Source: Balamuthia mandrillaris
Lineage: Eukaryota
Reading direction: 5' to 3'
Length of the DNA stretch: 64,000 nucleotides
Assembly (NCBI GenBank): GCA_031835245.2
Contig: JAVKOQ020000031.1
Coordinates: 124,001 to 188,000, forward strand
Part shown: positions 47,399 through 60,700 of the stretch, one piece after another
How positions within the stretch are numbered: the stretch's first letter is position 1
Layout of the letters: each line of letters opens with the position of its first letter
Program-made: the position numbers and the translations under genes
Notes under the pieces: generated by a model
What the model was told of the DNA's origin: nothing
Databases searched by the model: none
Seen by the model: only the letters and a program-made list of their open reading frames with translations

Positions 47399-48888
47399 AT
47401 GGAAGCAGAGAGGCAAGAGCTGTTGCGAGCGCTGGTGGGCCAACAGGAGGATTCAGCCGATCCGGCGGCGACGGGCGACGCTGAGAACAACGGTCGCTCA
47501 ACACTTTCTGATGAGCTGCTCGCACGCTTTCGCCTGCGGCGAGAACAGGTGCTGCACTGCAGTTTCCCCCATTGGTACCCTCGCTTCCGCCACCTGACCT
47601 TTAGGAGCGAAATCATTCCGCTCTCGGAGGAGGTGGTGTCCTACCTCTCTGGCGCTGCTAACAAGGGAGAAGACGCGTCTGATGATGATGAGGAAGGGTC
47701 CTCGGAGCTCTTCTTCTTGCCAGCCTCTGCTTTCCCTCCAGCCAGCAAAGAGGACTACTGTGTAAATAGTTGGAGTGATGAAGAGGAGGAGGAGGAAGAG
47801 GGGAAGAGAGCGGATGTGGAGTTTCCGGAACTGGCTGAGAGGGTGAGTGAAGTGATTGAGCGGTTTGAGGGAGGCGTGCTGCCGAAGCTGAACTGGAGCT
47901 CCCCCAAGGACGCCCTTTGGATGAGTCTTGGCAACACCCTCAGGTGTGACTCGTTTGGGGATATCATGAGGCTGCTCAAAAGCTCTGACTTTATTACACA
48001 CGATCTCTGTCATGCGTTCGTCTTCTCTGCTTCTATTCTTTCCTATCTTCTCTCTACGCCGTCTATTCTCTGCTTCTCTTTCTGCTTTCCTTCTCTTCTC
48101 TTCTCTCCTTCTCTTCCTCTTTCGTTCTTTGTCGCTCTTTGGTTCCTCATTCTAACAAACTATGGTAAACATACAGGTTTGCACTGTGCGAGGACCACAA
48201 CACCGGACCTCCTCGACCAGAGCAATTCGTGTTGGTGTTGCGGAAATGGTACTTTGTATCGCCAGCCATGGAGTTTCGTTGCTTCATGAAAGGAAGACAA
48301 CTTATAGGTTTGACACGTTCTTTTGTCGTTTCTGTCTTTCTTTCTTTCCGTCTCTCTCTATTTGCATTGATTGTTTTTGCCAACGACTTTGGCAGGCATA
48401 ACACAACGAGATCCTTCCAAATATTTTGCTTTCTTGAAGGATTGTCGGCACGACCTACGGGAACGAATTGCTCAATTCTTCCAAGAACACATCCAACATA
48501 GCTTTGAAGATGAAGAAGGTAATTCTTTGTATACTTATCTTCGGTTTCATTTTGCATTGACATAGCCACAAAAGTTGTGTTTGATGTGTACCTTGACAAG
48601 AAACAACGAGTGTGGCTAGTGGACTTCAACCCATTCAGCCCTCACACGGATTCCCTTCTTTTCTCTTGGCAAGAGCTGCTGTCGTTTTCTTCTCCTCCTC
48701 CCGCTGAAGCACATGATTGTGAACTTCGAATCATCGAGTCAGAGGCCGAAGTACGACGAGCAGACAGTGGCAATCGGTTGCCTGATGACCTGGTGGATGT
48801 GTCCAGCGCTGGCGGTATCGAAAGCTTTATCGCGATGGTGAAAGCCAGCCAGGAGGCTTTCGCATCCTCTGCCCATTCTTCTGCCTGA
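47399..48888 (+). CDS. CDC123: Cell division cycle protein 123 (D123; eIF2 assembly factor)
   Basis: [94 protein letters not shown]. Confidence 0.95.
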
Positions 48889-48988
48889 CCTCTGCCTCTC
48901 GATCGATCACCAAAATCGTAACGAACCATATTTAGAAAATAACGGACGTATGATCTACCTTATTTGCTAATATATGACGTGAGTTTAA

Positions 48989-50252
48989 GGGGCCTGCTCG
49001 GATCACAAGGATCAGTCGTGTCGTCTTGACAAAAAGGTCGAGCGTTCAGGAACGCTTGATCTACGTGCGTTTTACTGCATTTGCTGACATAGTACAGATC
49101 AAGGGGATATTTTTTTTGTCGAGCAGAGGGAAGGGGTTTTGTCCGTGCGGACAAGGTTTTGTATGGGTTTCCCTGCTAATGGTCCCACCGCCAAACGGGA
49201 CCATTTTTTGTAGACAACACAAGGGAAAAAAAGGTGGGCAAAATGAAGCGAGACCGAGCTGCATACAAACGTGAGTGGCGAGCAAAAAAGAAAAGAGAAC
49301 GGGAGGAGAAGGAACAAGAGGAACAGCAGCGACTGAAAAAAAGGCGAGAACAAAAGAATGCTTCAGACCGTCGTTGCCGAGCACGGTTATCCAAAGCACC
49401 TTCCACCCAAGACCAACTACAGGAGGCTGAAAATGAACACAGGCTGGGTTTTCCTTCAGGTTTGTCTTTATCTTTGCCTTGCCTTTGCTCTTTAACCTGC
49501 CTACCTTTGGAGACCGAGCATTTCTCTCTGCATTACGAAGAAACCTTGGAGGAAAGGGGAGCACAACTGCAAGTGTGTTTGGAGAACTTGGATTGAACAT
49601 AACGACCGGTGTCCAGCAACATTTGGACAACTTGGATGAACAGGAGACGCGAAATCGAAAAAGGAAACAAAGTAAGGCCTTCAAGAAAAGAGAGCAAGAG
49701 TTGTGTCAACAACAAAAGGCGAGAGCGGAGCAAGAGAAAAAAATCTCAAAAAAAAAGGGGGATGCTTACCTGGACAAGCATCAAAAGAGCCTTGCTCCAG
49801 TCTTCGAAGAGGACACACACACAAAGCAGAAGAAGCAGAAGAAGCAGAAAACTGCGCCTGATCTTTCCGTTGCTAAAGTGTCCACAGTTGAAGAGGTGAG
49901 CAAGCTCCAAGGGAAAGCGCTTGAGGCACAAATCATTCTCTTCAACCTCTTCAAGACCTATAAGGGCGATTCCACCAAGGAGGGCCAGAAGAAGCGTTTG
50001 GCCGAGTTCGTCTCCAATCCAAGCGCCTTTCAACACTACGTGCGGCCTCACAAGCCACGAGCCACTCCGCCTCGCTGCTCTTCTTCTTTTCCTGCGGTTG
50101 CGGCCCACTCGCCGTCCTCTGCAGTCTGAGAGCACAAAAGCTGCAGCTCAATAAAACACTTCTCAGTTTGTGCACATCCTCAGCACTTTTACGAATCCCA
50201 TAATTTTCGCTTTTCCGCCCTTGGTTTATGGGACGAACCCGAGCAGGCCCCC
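48989..50252 (+). mobile_element. Non-autonomous TIR DNA transposon flanked by TTAA (Kolobok-like), 1264 bp
   Basis: Left end ttaa|ggggcctgctcgg (48985-49001); right end ccgagcaggccccc|ttaa (50239-50256); internal K/R/E-rich ORF fragments at 49243-49460 and about 49510-50129. Confidence 0.75.
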
Positions 50253-50346
50253 TTAACTATGATAAGCAAACATGACGTATGTTTCAGTAACGGGAAAAAT
50301 AATCTGCTTTGGCGCCAAATCAAAAAAAAAGTTAAGAAAAAAAAAG

Positions 50347-52221
50347 ATGTGGAGAAGAACGTTGGGAGGGCCTCTCAAAGAAGAAGAGTCCACAGGACCC
50401 AGTTTCAAAGGCGGTGTCACAACCACACGGAACAACACTTCCGCTTGGAAAGTGTGCAAGCTCCCCTCTTGGTTCTTCTTGTCCGCCTGCGCTCTCTACA
50501 TCTTATTTTACATTTGTTTACATCTCGACAAAGTTTGTTCTTCTTTCTTCTTCTTCTTGTCCTCCTTGTGCTTCTTCTTGTCCTTCTCCTCCCCCCTATC
50601 TTTCTTCCTTTCCTTACTTACTTCAAACAAACAGGAAGGGATTGGCACTTGTAACCGTTCTCCTTATGTTAGGGAAAGCAATCCGGATGCAACGAAAGAG
50701 GCTTGGTTGTCCGCTACCCTCCGGCACTACTTGTTCTTTTGGGCCATTCGCTTTGTATTTCTACTGCTGAACATTTTCCTCTTCATTCACTCTCGCTTTC
50801 GAGCCGGTAAATATTTTTTCAGTTTCTCACTTTATTAGCTTCTTCATTCCTCTCTTCACTTTTTTTTTTGTGCTCCCTTCTTCATTGTTTCTCTACTTTG
50901 CTCTTTTCTTCCTTGCTTCTTTCTTCTTTGGCCCTCTTTGTTGTCCTTCACTCTTCTCTATCTTCTCACTTCTCTCTTCATGGTGCTTGCTTTTTATCTC
51001 CTGTCCTCTCTGCATTCTTCTTTATCCTTTTCCCCTCTCTCTGCAACGCCCAAACCAAGCAAGACAATAACTTAAAACTTCCTTACTTCTCTTGCAGGTT
51101 TAACTGCATCTGCTATCATCATCTTTGTGGGCTACTTTGGAGGGGTATGGCTGGTGGAAGACCTGAAACACAGAACAGGAGATACGGAGTGCAAGAAAGC
51201 CATGGGAGAGCCCAACGGCATCTCTGGCCATGCCTTTTATTCGGCATGGGCCGTGGCCATGCTCTTCTATCACTTGATCTTGGCGAGAAGGACGCTGAAG
51301 AGCAGTGCTCTCAATCTGAAGCCGGCTCAACGGCATCGCATCCCAGAGAACAACTGGACGAAAGGAAAGGAGAACTATATCGCTTTGTCGAACTCTATGC
51401 CTTCGCCTTCTGCAGCCTTAACGTTGCGAAAAGGATTTACGTTGAAGGAGGAAAAAGGAGAAGGAGAAGAACGACGCTACAATAGCATACAGAATGGCGA
51501 AGCATCTCCGTTGGCAGAATGGCAGAAGGACGCTTACTGGCTGGAACGCAAAAAGAGATCCAAACGAGGAACAGAACAACACCACCGTCAACCACTCATT
51601 GAACAAGAACTACACGAAGCAGGCGGGATAGAAGAACCAGGAATGGAAGAACTCACCAAGCTGGAACGGTTTTGGGAACTGGTCTGCGAGAGCGATCTTC
51701 ACCACATCGAAGAAGACGAACAAGAAGAAAAAAGTAGAGGTCTCTGCATTCGCTCCACAAAGGAACTCTTGAGAAAGGACAGAGGGTTACGCCTCAATCG
51801 TAAACTCGAAGCGTCCTTGCTGCTCCTCTTTCTTCTTTGTTTGGGACAGCAGCTCCTCACGACCTATCGTTACGGCTACCACTCCATCCAGCAGCTCTTC
51901 TTGGGAGGATTTTGCGGCCTCTTATTCTGCTCCCTCCTCGTTCTTCTCTGCGAGACCGTTTTTTGGGTGGAACGCAGATGGGCTTTGTGGGAGCACTATG
52001 TTCGTTTGCTTCAGCAGCAACAACACGTTGCCTCCTCGACGACCATGTTCTGGAAGGTGGGAGAGAGATTGCGAGTGAGGGAAGTGGAGATGAGGAGGGT
52101 GATGAGGCAGAGCAGCAAGACGGCATCAAGATGGATGCAAAGAATGAAGCAATCTGTGATGGAGGAAGTGCGAAGGCGGCGGCAACAAGAGGCAAACACT
52201 ACACCCACAAAAGCCCTGTAA
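50347..52221 (+). CDS. Multi-pass membrane protein of the PAP2/FIT lipid phosphatase-like superfamily
   Basis: Hydrophobic helices plus LKHRTG (C1-like), NGISGH (C2) and TYRYGYHSIQQLFLG (C3 His); long hydrophilic insert between C2 and C3; 3 exons. Confidence 0.65.
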
Positions 52222-52397
52222 TTGGGGGGTTGACTTTATTTATAGATTTATCGAAGAAATTACCACAAATATCGCCAATCGAAAACAATCGATAACGAGT
52301 TTTGTATTCTTTGAGGATGATCGCAATATTTTTCAAAATATTGTCAACGGTCTGAAAATCCAATAGAAATCAGAGATATAAACGAAAAAATCAGACG

Positions 52398-53290
52398 ATG
52401 GAGGGAGGTGGATTGGCGCAAAGAAGCGGCTGGCTGTCGGCAGCTCCGTGAGGGCGAGGAGGAGCTGGAGTGCCCCGTATTCGAGGAAACGGTGGAGGGT
52501 TGTCAACAGGCGCATGATCTGCTGCGGCAGCACTACAAGCAGAGAGGCGAGGCCTTTCGCTCTTTCTGACTCAGCTTGCCTAAAGCCCAGAGAAAGAGCC
52601 TGGTGCGCTCCGTTGCCTCTTTCCTTCCCTCCACGGATAAGCGTAAGACCGTCAACTCGGTTATGTCCCCGAGATGGTACTCATGACGGAGCGCACCAGG
52701 CCCTATTCTGTTCGGACTCTTCAAATAGTTGGCTCGGCTTTATACGCTTATTCTATTCCTTGTTCTTTGTGCTGTCCTTTGGCTGCCCTCTCATTCTGCC
52801 TCTCTGCTTCACGCTTCTTCCTGTTTGCTGAAAGCCATTCTGACAAATTACAAAATACAGAGCCATCCTGTCAGAGTGGTGGGGCTGAAGGATGGCTCCA
52901 GCGAGTGGATACCAGGTTTGCTTTTGACCAACCAAAAAGCAACACAAACCAGGGACTTTCTTCAGACGATGGTCATTGCGGAGGCCTCAGAGTATCTCAC
53001 GACCATTCTTCAGAATCTATCATCTATCTACAGAAAGAGAGGAAGAGCAATGCCGCACTTCCGGAGAGACCCAAAGGCGACGACAGATGAATGTGGGCTT
53101 TGTGGCGCGAGGACCGGGGATGTTGGGACCACGTACTGCAGCTGAGCCCTGCGAGTACATGCGAATGTTTCGCGTCGTCTCGATGCAATGCTCGGCTGAT
53201 GTCATATTTACTAAACAAGGGATGAATGGACGTCATACGAAGGTTTCGCGTCGTCTTGAAACAGCTGTCCGCAAGAAAACAAAGAAAGAA
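52398..53290 (+). pseudogene. Possible decayed coding sequence
   Basis: The ATG at 52398 is 1 nt out of frame with a coding-like run EVDWRKEAAG...HDLLRQHYKQRGEAFRSF*; a later segment LSSIYRKRGRAMPHFRR..CGLCG echoes it; stops and frameshifts intervene. Confidence 0.3.
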
Positions 53291-53329
53291 AAGGAGGAAG
53301 AAGAACGCCCGTTTCCCTCAACCCCAACC

Positions 53330-54102
53330 ATGTTACGTGCCAAAGTATTGCCCAATATTCTCGCACAAGCCAACACAAATGGCGTGAAGGGAACCTTGTG
53401 AGTCTTTTTTTAAAATCTCTCGCTTGATCTGCTCCCTTTTGCTATTGTCACAAAAGCGATGGGCTAATTTTATTCATTTATTTTTTCTTGCAAACAAAAG
53501 GTTGATGAACGAGGAAGGATCTTTGTTGGCAATGAGTGGCCAGAGTGGCGATGAGGTAACTGTGTCGGCCATCGTTTCAAACATTTGGGCTCAGTACCAG
53601 CGCGCACGAGGTGAAGACAGCGATCTGGAATATATTCTTATGGACTGCGAGGTGCTCTTCTGCTTTGATTTTACTTTTTTTTTGTTTGTTTGTGGGTGTG
53701 TTGTTGACCAATTTCTTTTACGCAATGTAGCAAGGAAGAGTGGTGGTTACCAAGGTCAGCACCCTCTTGCTTTGCATTTACAGCGACAGCACCGCTCAGT
53801 TTGGCATGCTCAAGCAGAAGGTACGGACTTGCCTAACCACGAACCTCTTTAGTCTTTGTTCCTCTTTTTCAGTGTTTCTCGCTTCTCGTTTCTTTATCTT
53901 CTTTCGTCGTTCTCTTTCAATTTTTTCTTTCTTTCTCTCTTTCCTTCTTTCTCTCTCTCTCTCTTCCTCTTTGCTTTTTAGTTGTTATTTTCTCTCCTTT
54001 CTCTTTCTTATTTCTTTCTCCCTTTTATACTGAGCACCACTCCCTCTTCAGGCCCAAACGCTGCGGGAGTACCTGCGAGAGCCCCTCCAACAGGTCTTTT
54101 AA
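53330..54102 (+). CDS. LAMTOR2: Ragulator subunit LAMTOR2 (p14, roadblock domain)
   Basis: MLRAKVLPNILAQANTNGVKGTL|LMNEEGSLLAMSG..SAIVSNIWAQY..LEYILMDCE|QGRVVVTKVSTLLLCIYS..FGMLKQK|AQTLREYLREPLQQVF; 4 exons. Confidence 0.93.
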
Positions 54103-55118
54103 AACAACACAATAAAACCCTCCCCCCAGTATTTTTTTTCTTTCTCTTCATTCTTGTGTTGTTCCTTTTTCCTTTCGTTCCCAAAGAAAACAAGACGGGT
54201 TGGTGAAAAAAAAAAACCAACACTCCTCCCCCTCTCCTTTCTTGCTTTCATCTACCTTGCGTTCTTTCCATGTACTCTCTCTGACTCATAGCGTGTGTTC
54301 AAAATGGGGATATGGCGCGGTGCTCAGCCTGGACGACATCCGCAGCCCTGAGGACGTAAACGTTGGGCACTCCTCCGTCGTTTGGTTTTTTGTTCCTGCT
54401 GCTTTTCGTCATGCAATAAAGAAAGAAAAAAAACGTAAAGGGAGAGAGGGGTACAGGGCTGTTTGGATACAACTGTTTACCCAAAGTCGAAGAAGGACTG
54501 CTCCCTTCCCCGCTACCATTTCTCGCTAGCTCTTCTTCTGCGAGTGGCACTCTCTGCGCAACTCTTCTGACGCCCCGTTGGGTTGGTGCAATCGGAAACT
54601 TTGCTCTTTAATGTCCACAAAATATCCAAACTTGGAAGGTTTTCATATCCCATATTTTCCAAATTTAGTAAAACCGAGATCATTTTTTGAATTTCGATTG
54701 GATGTTTGATAATTTAAGGTATTGAAAATCGATTAATAAGGCGTCAGCCGACCAAATAAACGAAAAGAATGCAAAATTAAAAAAAAAATACAAAAAATAA
54801 GAAGAAGGACCGGAGCTTGGCGGGGATAGGCGAAACCCCCCTGGAAGGAGCTCTGATCCCTCTTTAACGCTCTCATCCCCTTCTCCTCCTCTTCCCTTCC
54901 CCAGGTTTGTTTTTTTTATTTTCACTCCCTTTGGGGTTGACCCTCCCCTCTTTTTTTTTTGTTTTCTATGGCTGGGTTTTTTACTCAAAGAGAATAATAA
55001 CCGAACCAATCGAACTCGATACGAAACATGCTTCGTTTTATTTCAATCTAATTCGTTTGTTTTTTTTTTTTGAACAGATAACAGCTATAATAAAAAAAAA
55101 CCAAACGGAACCACAGAA

Positions 55119-57120
55119 ATGACCGTCCAACAAAAAAAGCCACACACAAGACGACCGAGGAAGGCCACCCCAGACGATGACATCCCTTGGATAACCGCCA
55201 TCCTGACTTACCTGGCCTACGCTATTTACATCTTGTTGGGCCACATTCATGACTTTATCAGCAAACACATCCTCCGCAAGCACTTTGCCCCTGCCGAGAA
55301 AGTACGTTTTTTTTTTTTTGTTATTGAAACGTTCCAACGTGCTTCTCTTCCTTCTCATCGTTCTTCTCATCTGCCGCTATTTACCTATTTTTTGTGTGTG
55401 TGTGTGTTGATTTATTTCAACTTTTTGAATAACAAATCTTCCTTTCCTCAAAAACCAAAAATCTATCAACAAAACAATTTGTTTTTTTGAACTAGGGCTA
55501 CGCGCCGCTGCTCTTCCCTCAAGAGTACTTCTACGCCAGACGACTCTTTGGCCGCATAAAGGACTGCTGGGACCGTCCCATCTGCAGCGACCCCGGCGCC
55601 GTCATCACCGTCATGGAGCGCACGGCCAAGCGCAGCCGCTGGGACTTCTCTCTGGACCAAACGGGCACCACCATACGCAGCCTTAACCTCGGCTCCTACA
55701 ACTACCTGGGCTTTGCCGAGACTAGCGGCAAGTGCTTAGAGGAGGTGGTGGAGGCCACGCACAAGTACGGCATCTCCTGCTGCAGCGCCAGGGAGGAGGT
55801 AGGCACCATGGACCTCCACAGGGAGCTGGACAAGAGGGTGGCGGAGTTTGTGGGCAAGGAGGACGCCATCACCTTTGCCATGGGCTACGGCACCAATGCC
55901 ACCACTATCCCCGCCTTGATTGGTAAGGGCGGCTTGATCATCAGCGATGCCCTCAACCATGCTTCCATCGTGGTGGGATGCCGTGCCTCTGGCGCTAAGA
56001 TCAAGACCTTTAAGCATAATGGTTATTTTTTTTGCCGTTACTCTCTCTTCTCTTTTGTTGCTCATTGCTGATTGTTCTCTTCGTTTTTTTCCCCTACCGC
56101 GCAGATACGGAAGACTTGGAGAGGGTGTTGAGACAATCGATTGCGGAGGGACAGCCACGTACCCACAGGCACTGGAAGAAGATCCTCATCATTGTGGAGG
56201 GTATCTACAGTATGGAGGGTGAAATTCTTGCTTTACCCGAAATCGTTGCCCTCAAGAAGAAGTACAAGGCTTATTTGTACGTCGACGAAGCCCACAGCAT
56301 TGGTGCTTTGGGAAAGGTTTGTTTTTATTTTTGTGTTTTGTTTTAGTTTTTTTTTTCATTGGACTCACTCTTTTGTTTTGTTTTGGACAAAAAAAAGAGC
56401 GCAAGGGGCGTTTGTGATTATTGGGGAGTGGATCCGAAGGACGTGGACATACTGATGGGCACTTTCACTAAGTCCTTTGGCTCTATTGGCGGTTATATCG
56501 CTGGTGATAGGGTATACTATTTTCTTACTTTCAGGTTTTCCTTTGCCTTTTTTCCAAACGTGAGTTTAACCTGGATTTATCCCTTATTTTCACGCATAGG
56601 ATCTCATCGAATACTTGCGTCAGACATCGTTGGCTTCCGTCTACGATACCGCCATGTCGCCTGGTTGCGTTCGCATGATCCTCTCCGCGTTCGACGTGAT
56701 CACCGGAGCGGACGGCACCGACGATGGTCAGAAGAGAGTGCAGGCCCTTGCTGACAATAGCATCTACTTTAGGAATAGGCTGAAGGAAATGGGATTCAGG
56801 GTCATCGGTGACGGTGCCTCTCCCGTCATTCCCCTTATGCTCTATCATCCTAGCAAGATCGCAGCTTTCTCTAGGGAATGTCTTCATGCAGGGGTACATT
56901 TCCTTATTTTAACTCCTTTCCTGTTCTTTGCTTTCTGATGATTTGTGGTTTGTTTTATCAGATTGCAGTGGTGGTGGTAGGATTCCCTGCTACGTCGTTG
57001 CTGGCCTCCAGGGCTCGTTTCTGCATGTCGGCCGCGCACGACCGCGAAACGTTGGACAAGGCTCTCGCCGCAATAGACGAGATCGGAAACCGGCTAATGC
57101 TCAAGTATGGGGAACTGTAA
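55119..57120 (+). CDS. SPTLC2: Serine palmitoyltransferase catalytic subunit LCB2
   Basis: [76 protein letters not shown] (PLP lysine), [19 protein letters not shown]. Confidence 0.97.
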
Positions 57121-57718
57121 AAGACAAAGGAGAGAGAACAAAAACAATGGGCACTTCAAACAGGGAAACATGCAACACCTTCGCAACAAAATGGGCATTG
57201 GGAGATACAGAGACAGGGGAAAGGAGAGAGAATGAGAGAGGCGAGGGATTTTCATGACGACATGGTTTGAACTCCGGCCCAATCGGATTTTGCCACGCGT
57301 GTTATTGTGAAGAAAGGTAATTTTTCAAGTTTTACGTCGACATAAATATTTTTATCACTTAAACCTTTTAAATTTGAGAAAAGAAAAAGAAAGAAATTCG
57401 AAACAAAAAAAAAAGTGCAAGACGGCTTTTTTCTTTTCTTTTTTTTTTATTATTGTAAAAGGCGAAACCCAAAACAACGTAGCAGAAGTTGCTGAAAGTG
57501 TCACTTCTTCGTTCCAACTACTAAAAACACGCAGCCAAAGGGAGAAAGAATCGAGGTCAGTGTCTTTTTTTTTTCTCCCCCCTCCTCCTCTGCTTTCATT
57601 TTCACTTCCTCCTTAAAAGATTTGTGTTACCGGAAGTGACCTCTGATTATCACTTTTTTTTTTTGCTCCCTACTCACTTCAATCACACAAATCATTTATT
57701 TGACAAAAAAAAAAATAG

Positions 57719-60700
57719 ATGTCCAGCGAAACAACAGAGGTGGCCTTTGTGAAGAAGAGTGGTGGGTCCTCCGCTGGTGTTGTTGACAGCGCTAAATCCC
57801 ATTCGGGAGGTAGCGGCGGAGAGGACGGGGGAAAGGGGATGGACGGAGGAGGAAGCAGGTGGAGAAGGGAGGACAAGAAAGGACAGGAGGGAGCGTCATC
57901 GACAGCTAGCAGCAGCAGTAAATGGCGTCGCGGAGGCGGGGGAGGAGGAAGTGGAGGCGCAGGAGGAGCAGGCGGTGGAGGTAGTGCCAGTAGCAGCAGT
58001 GGAAGGTATGATGTCGATCAAGAATGGAGTCGTGCGGGTGGGAGGAGAGCGAGGAGAGAAGAAAGGGAGCGAGCGCATCACCACCACGCTTATGATACGC
58101 ACGAGCTGGCGGAGGAGGAAGAAGAGGACTCCCTCGAAGAGACCCGTTTGGTCGGGGCGGAAGGGGAAGGTAGTGGTAGCGGAGGAGGAGGAGGAGGAGA
58201 GGAGGACATCAAACTTGGCCCGGAGTGGATGCACAAGGACCGCTCGCGAGCGAACAAGAGCAGTAAAGAGTCCTCGTACTTGGTCTATTCCAAAGAAGAA
58301 CTTTTAGCTATGCACACGGAAACCGCGGAAGCCCCTAAAGGCTTTCTCATAATCCCTTTCATCACCTCGGAAGAGCCTTTGACACCCGTCAACAAAGACT
58401 CTGTTCAAACAAAGGAGGTGAGTTGTTCTTCTTTTTCTACGCTCTTTGGAGAGATTGTTCTAACTTTTGCAAAAATTAGTTTAAAGCCACCATACAAAAG
58501 TACATGTACAACATCTGCCCAAGCCGTAATCCTAGCGGCGGCGTTGGCGCCCGTGGACGTGGTAGAGGAAGGGGTCGTGGTAGAGGTGCAACCGGAGCAC
58601 CTGGCGAGCCCCCTTCTCCTATGCGCTCGGGTTCCAGAGAACGTACCTTCATCTCTCTCCCTCCCTCCCTCCCTCTTTTTTCTCTTCTCTCTCTCTCTTG
58701 TTTTGTAATCCGCCATTCTGTGTTAACGTATAATTTATAAAACGAAGCTGGGGGTTTGTATCGTCCTCCCAGAGAGAGAATGGGCGGACGAGGCCGAGGC
58801 CGAGGCGACTCTATAGAGCCATGGAAGAAGAGGGATTCCTATTCTTTCGACAACGCAGCCACCATAGGAGAAAGAAGCTGGTTCTACGAAGGATCCGATG
58901 CTGAAAGAGCAAGAGACGCTGAAACATTTGGAGACGACATTTGGGAGGTGGGAGAAGGAACCTTTGAGCCAGATGGCTCCTTCCGTTTGGAAGGCCCCAA
59001 AAAGAAAAAGTTGGAGTTGGGTGAAGAAGAGCAAGAAGAAGAAGAAGACGCAGGAAAGGATTACGGTTATGAACAAGAAGAAGCAGAAGGACATGACGAG
59101 GAAGGATGTCGTTGGCTTTATAAAGACCCCCAAGGAGTCGTTCGAGGTCCTTTTACCGACGAAGAGATGAATGATTGGTACATGGCTGGCTACTTTCCCA
59201 AAGACCTGCCCATCACTCCCGCGGATGAGAAGGATGGCTCGTTTTCCCCATTGAGCTCCTACGACTACAACCCCTTTGACGCTGCCCAGCGACGAATGCA
59301 CGAGAAGAAGTCTTCGAACGCGGCCAAACAGCAACCACAACCAAAGTCTGCAGCACCCGTTCACAACGCATGGAAGAAAGAGGCACCCCTCGCACAACAA
59401 AAGCCCCAACAACCTTCTTCTGCGCCCACCAAACCCTCTACTCGTACCTCAAGACAGAAGTCCAGGTTGATAGGCAACCGCCTAGAAAGCGAAGGAGAGG
59501 AAGAGGAAAAAGAGGAAGCCGTACAACTTGACGCTGACAAAGTACAAGGTATTGAATCAACAACATCTCCTGCCGCACTTGCAACAGCTGCCTCTCCTGC
59601 TCAACCGTCTTCTGGCGGAGCACCTTCTCTTCCTTCCTCTGCTTCTTGGAGCAAAGGCGCTGTCTGGAATGCAGAAGACCTCGAGCGCAAGCAATTCGAG
59701 GAGCTTACGTTGGAAGGTGGCGCAGTCCGATCCCTTACTCCACCGCAGACCAGCCTTCCCGCGCAACAAAAACAACAGCAACACTCTCCCTTGATGACAG
59801 GATCTCCTCCTGCCACTGCCCCTGCTAAGCTCAGCGGTGGCATCGATCCTGCCATCGCTGCTCAATTACCACCTCAAGTTTATCACGAACAGATGCAACA
59901 GTTGTATATGCAATCCCGCGCCCAACTTTACTTGCAGCAACAGCAACAGCAACAACAACAACAGCCTCCTCATCCTCATCACCCCTCATCGATGCCTCCT
60001 CCCCAACAACCCCTTAAACAAGGATGGTTTGATATGGCTGCCATAGAGCAACAGCTTCTTCAAGCTTCCTCTTCTGCAGGACCTTATCCTTCTCCACACG
60101 CCCTCCGTCATCCTTCCCAACAGCAAGTACCTCATCCCCATCTTCCGCACCAACACCCTCATCAACTTCACCACATGCCGCCGCAACAACAACCTCATTC
60201 CCTTCATTCTCACCAGCACCATCCTCATCACCCTTATGCCATGCAACCTCCCCACCCTCACCAGCACATTACCGCCATGCCACCCAAAGCAGCCCCATGG
60301 AATCAACCCCGACCAACTGATGCTCATCCCAAACCGCTTTCCTTGCTAGAGATTCAAGAGCAGGAAATGAAACAACGCCAAATGATGGCAGAGCAACAGC
60401 GACAACAGCACATGGCCACTGCTGGTCCTCAACAACACCAACCACAGAACATCAACAAAGCCTTCCAGGACGTGTGGGGCGTTCCTTTGGATGCTCCTTT
60501 CTCTGTGGAGGAAATAAGAGCTCAGATCAGACACGAACGAGAGGAGGAGGAAAAGAAGGCGCAGTTAGCAGCTGCCGCCCAACAAAGCCACCACATTCTT
60601 CCTCAACAAGGAAAAGAGGCCGCGCCCTCATCTGGACGATCTGAAGAGATATCCAATTCTGATGATGGTGCAGAGTCTATATGGGATGTTCCTGCATCCT

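Noticed and set aside
54300..54385. GC-rich coding-like fragment (WGYGAVLSLDDIRSPEDVNVG)
   Set aside because: Too short, and it could not be linked to a start, a stop or a known family.
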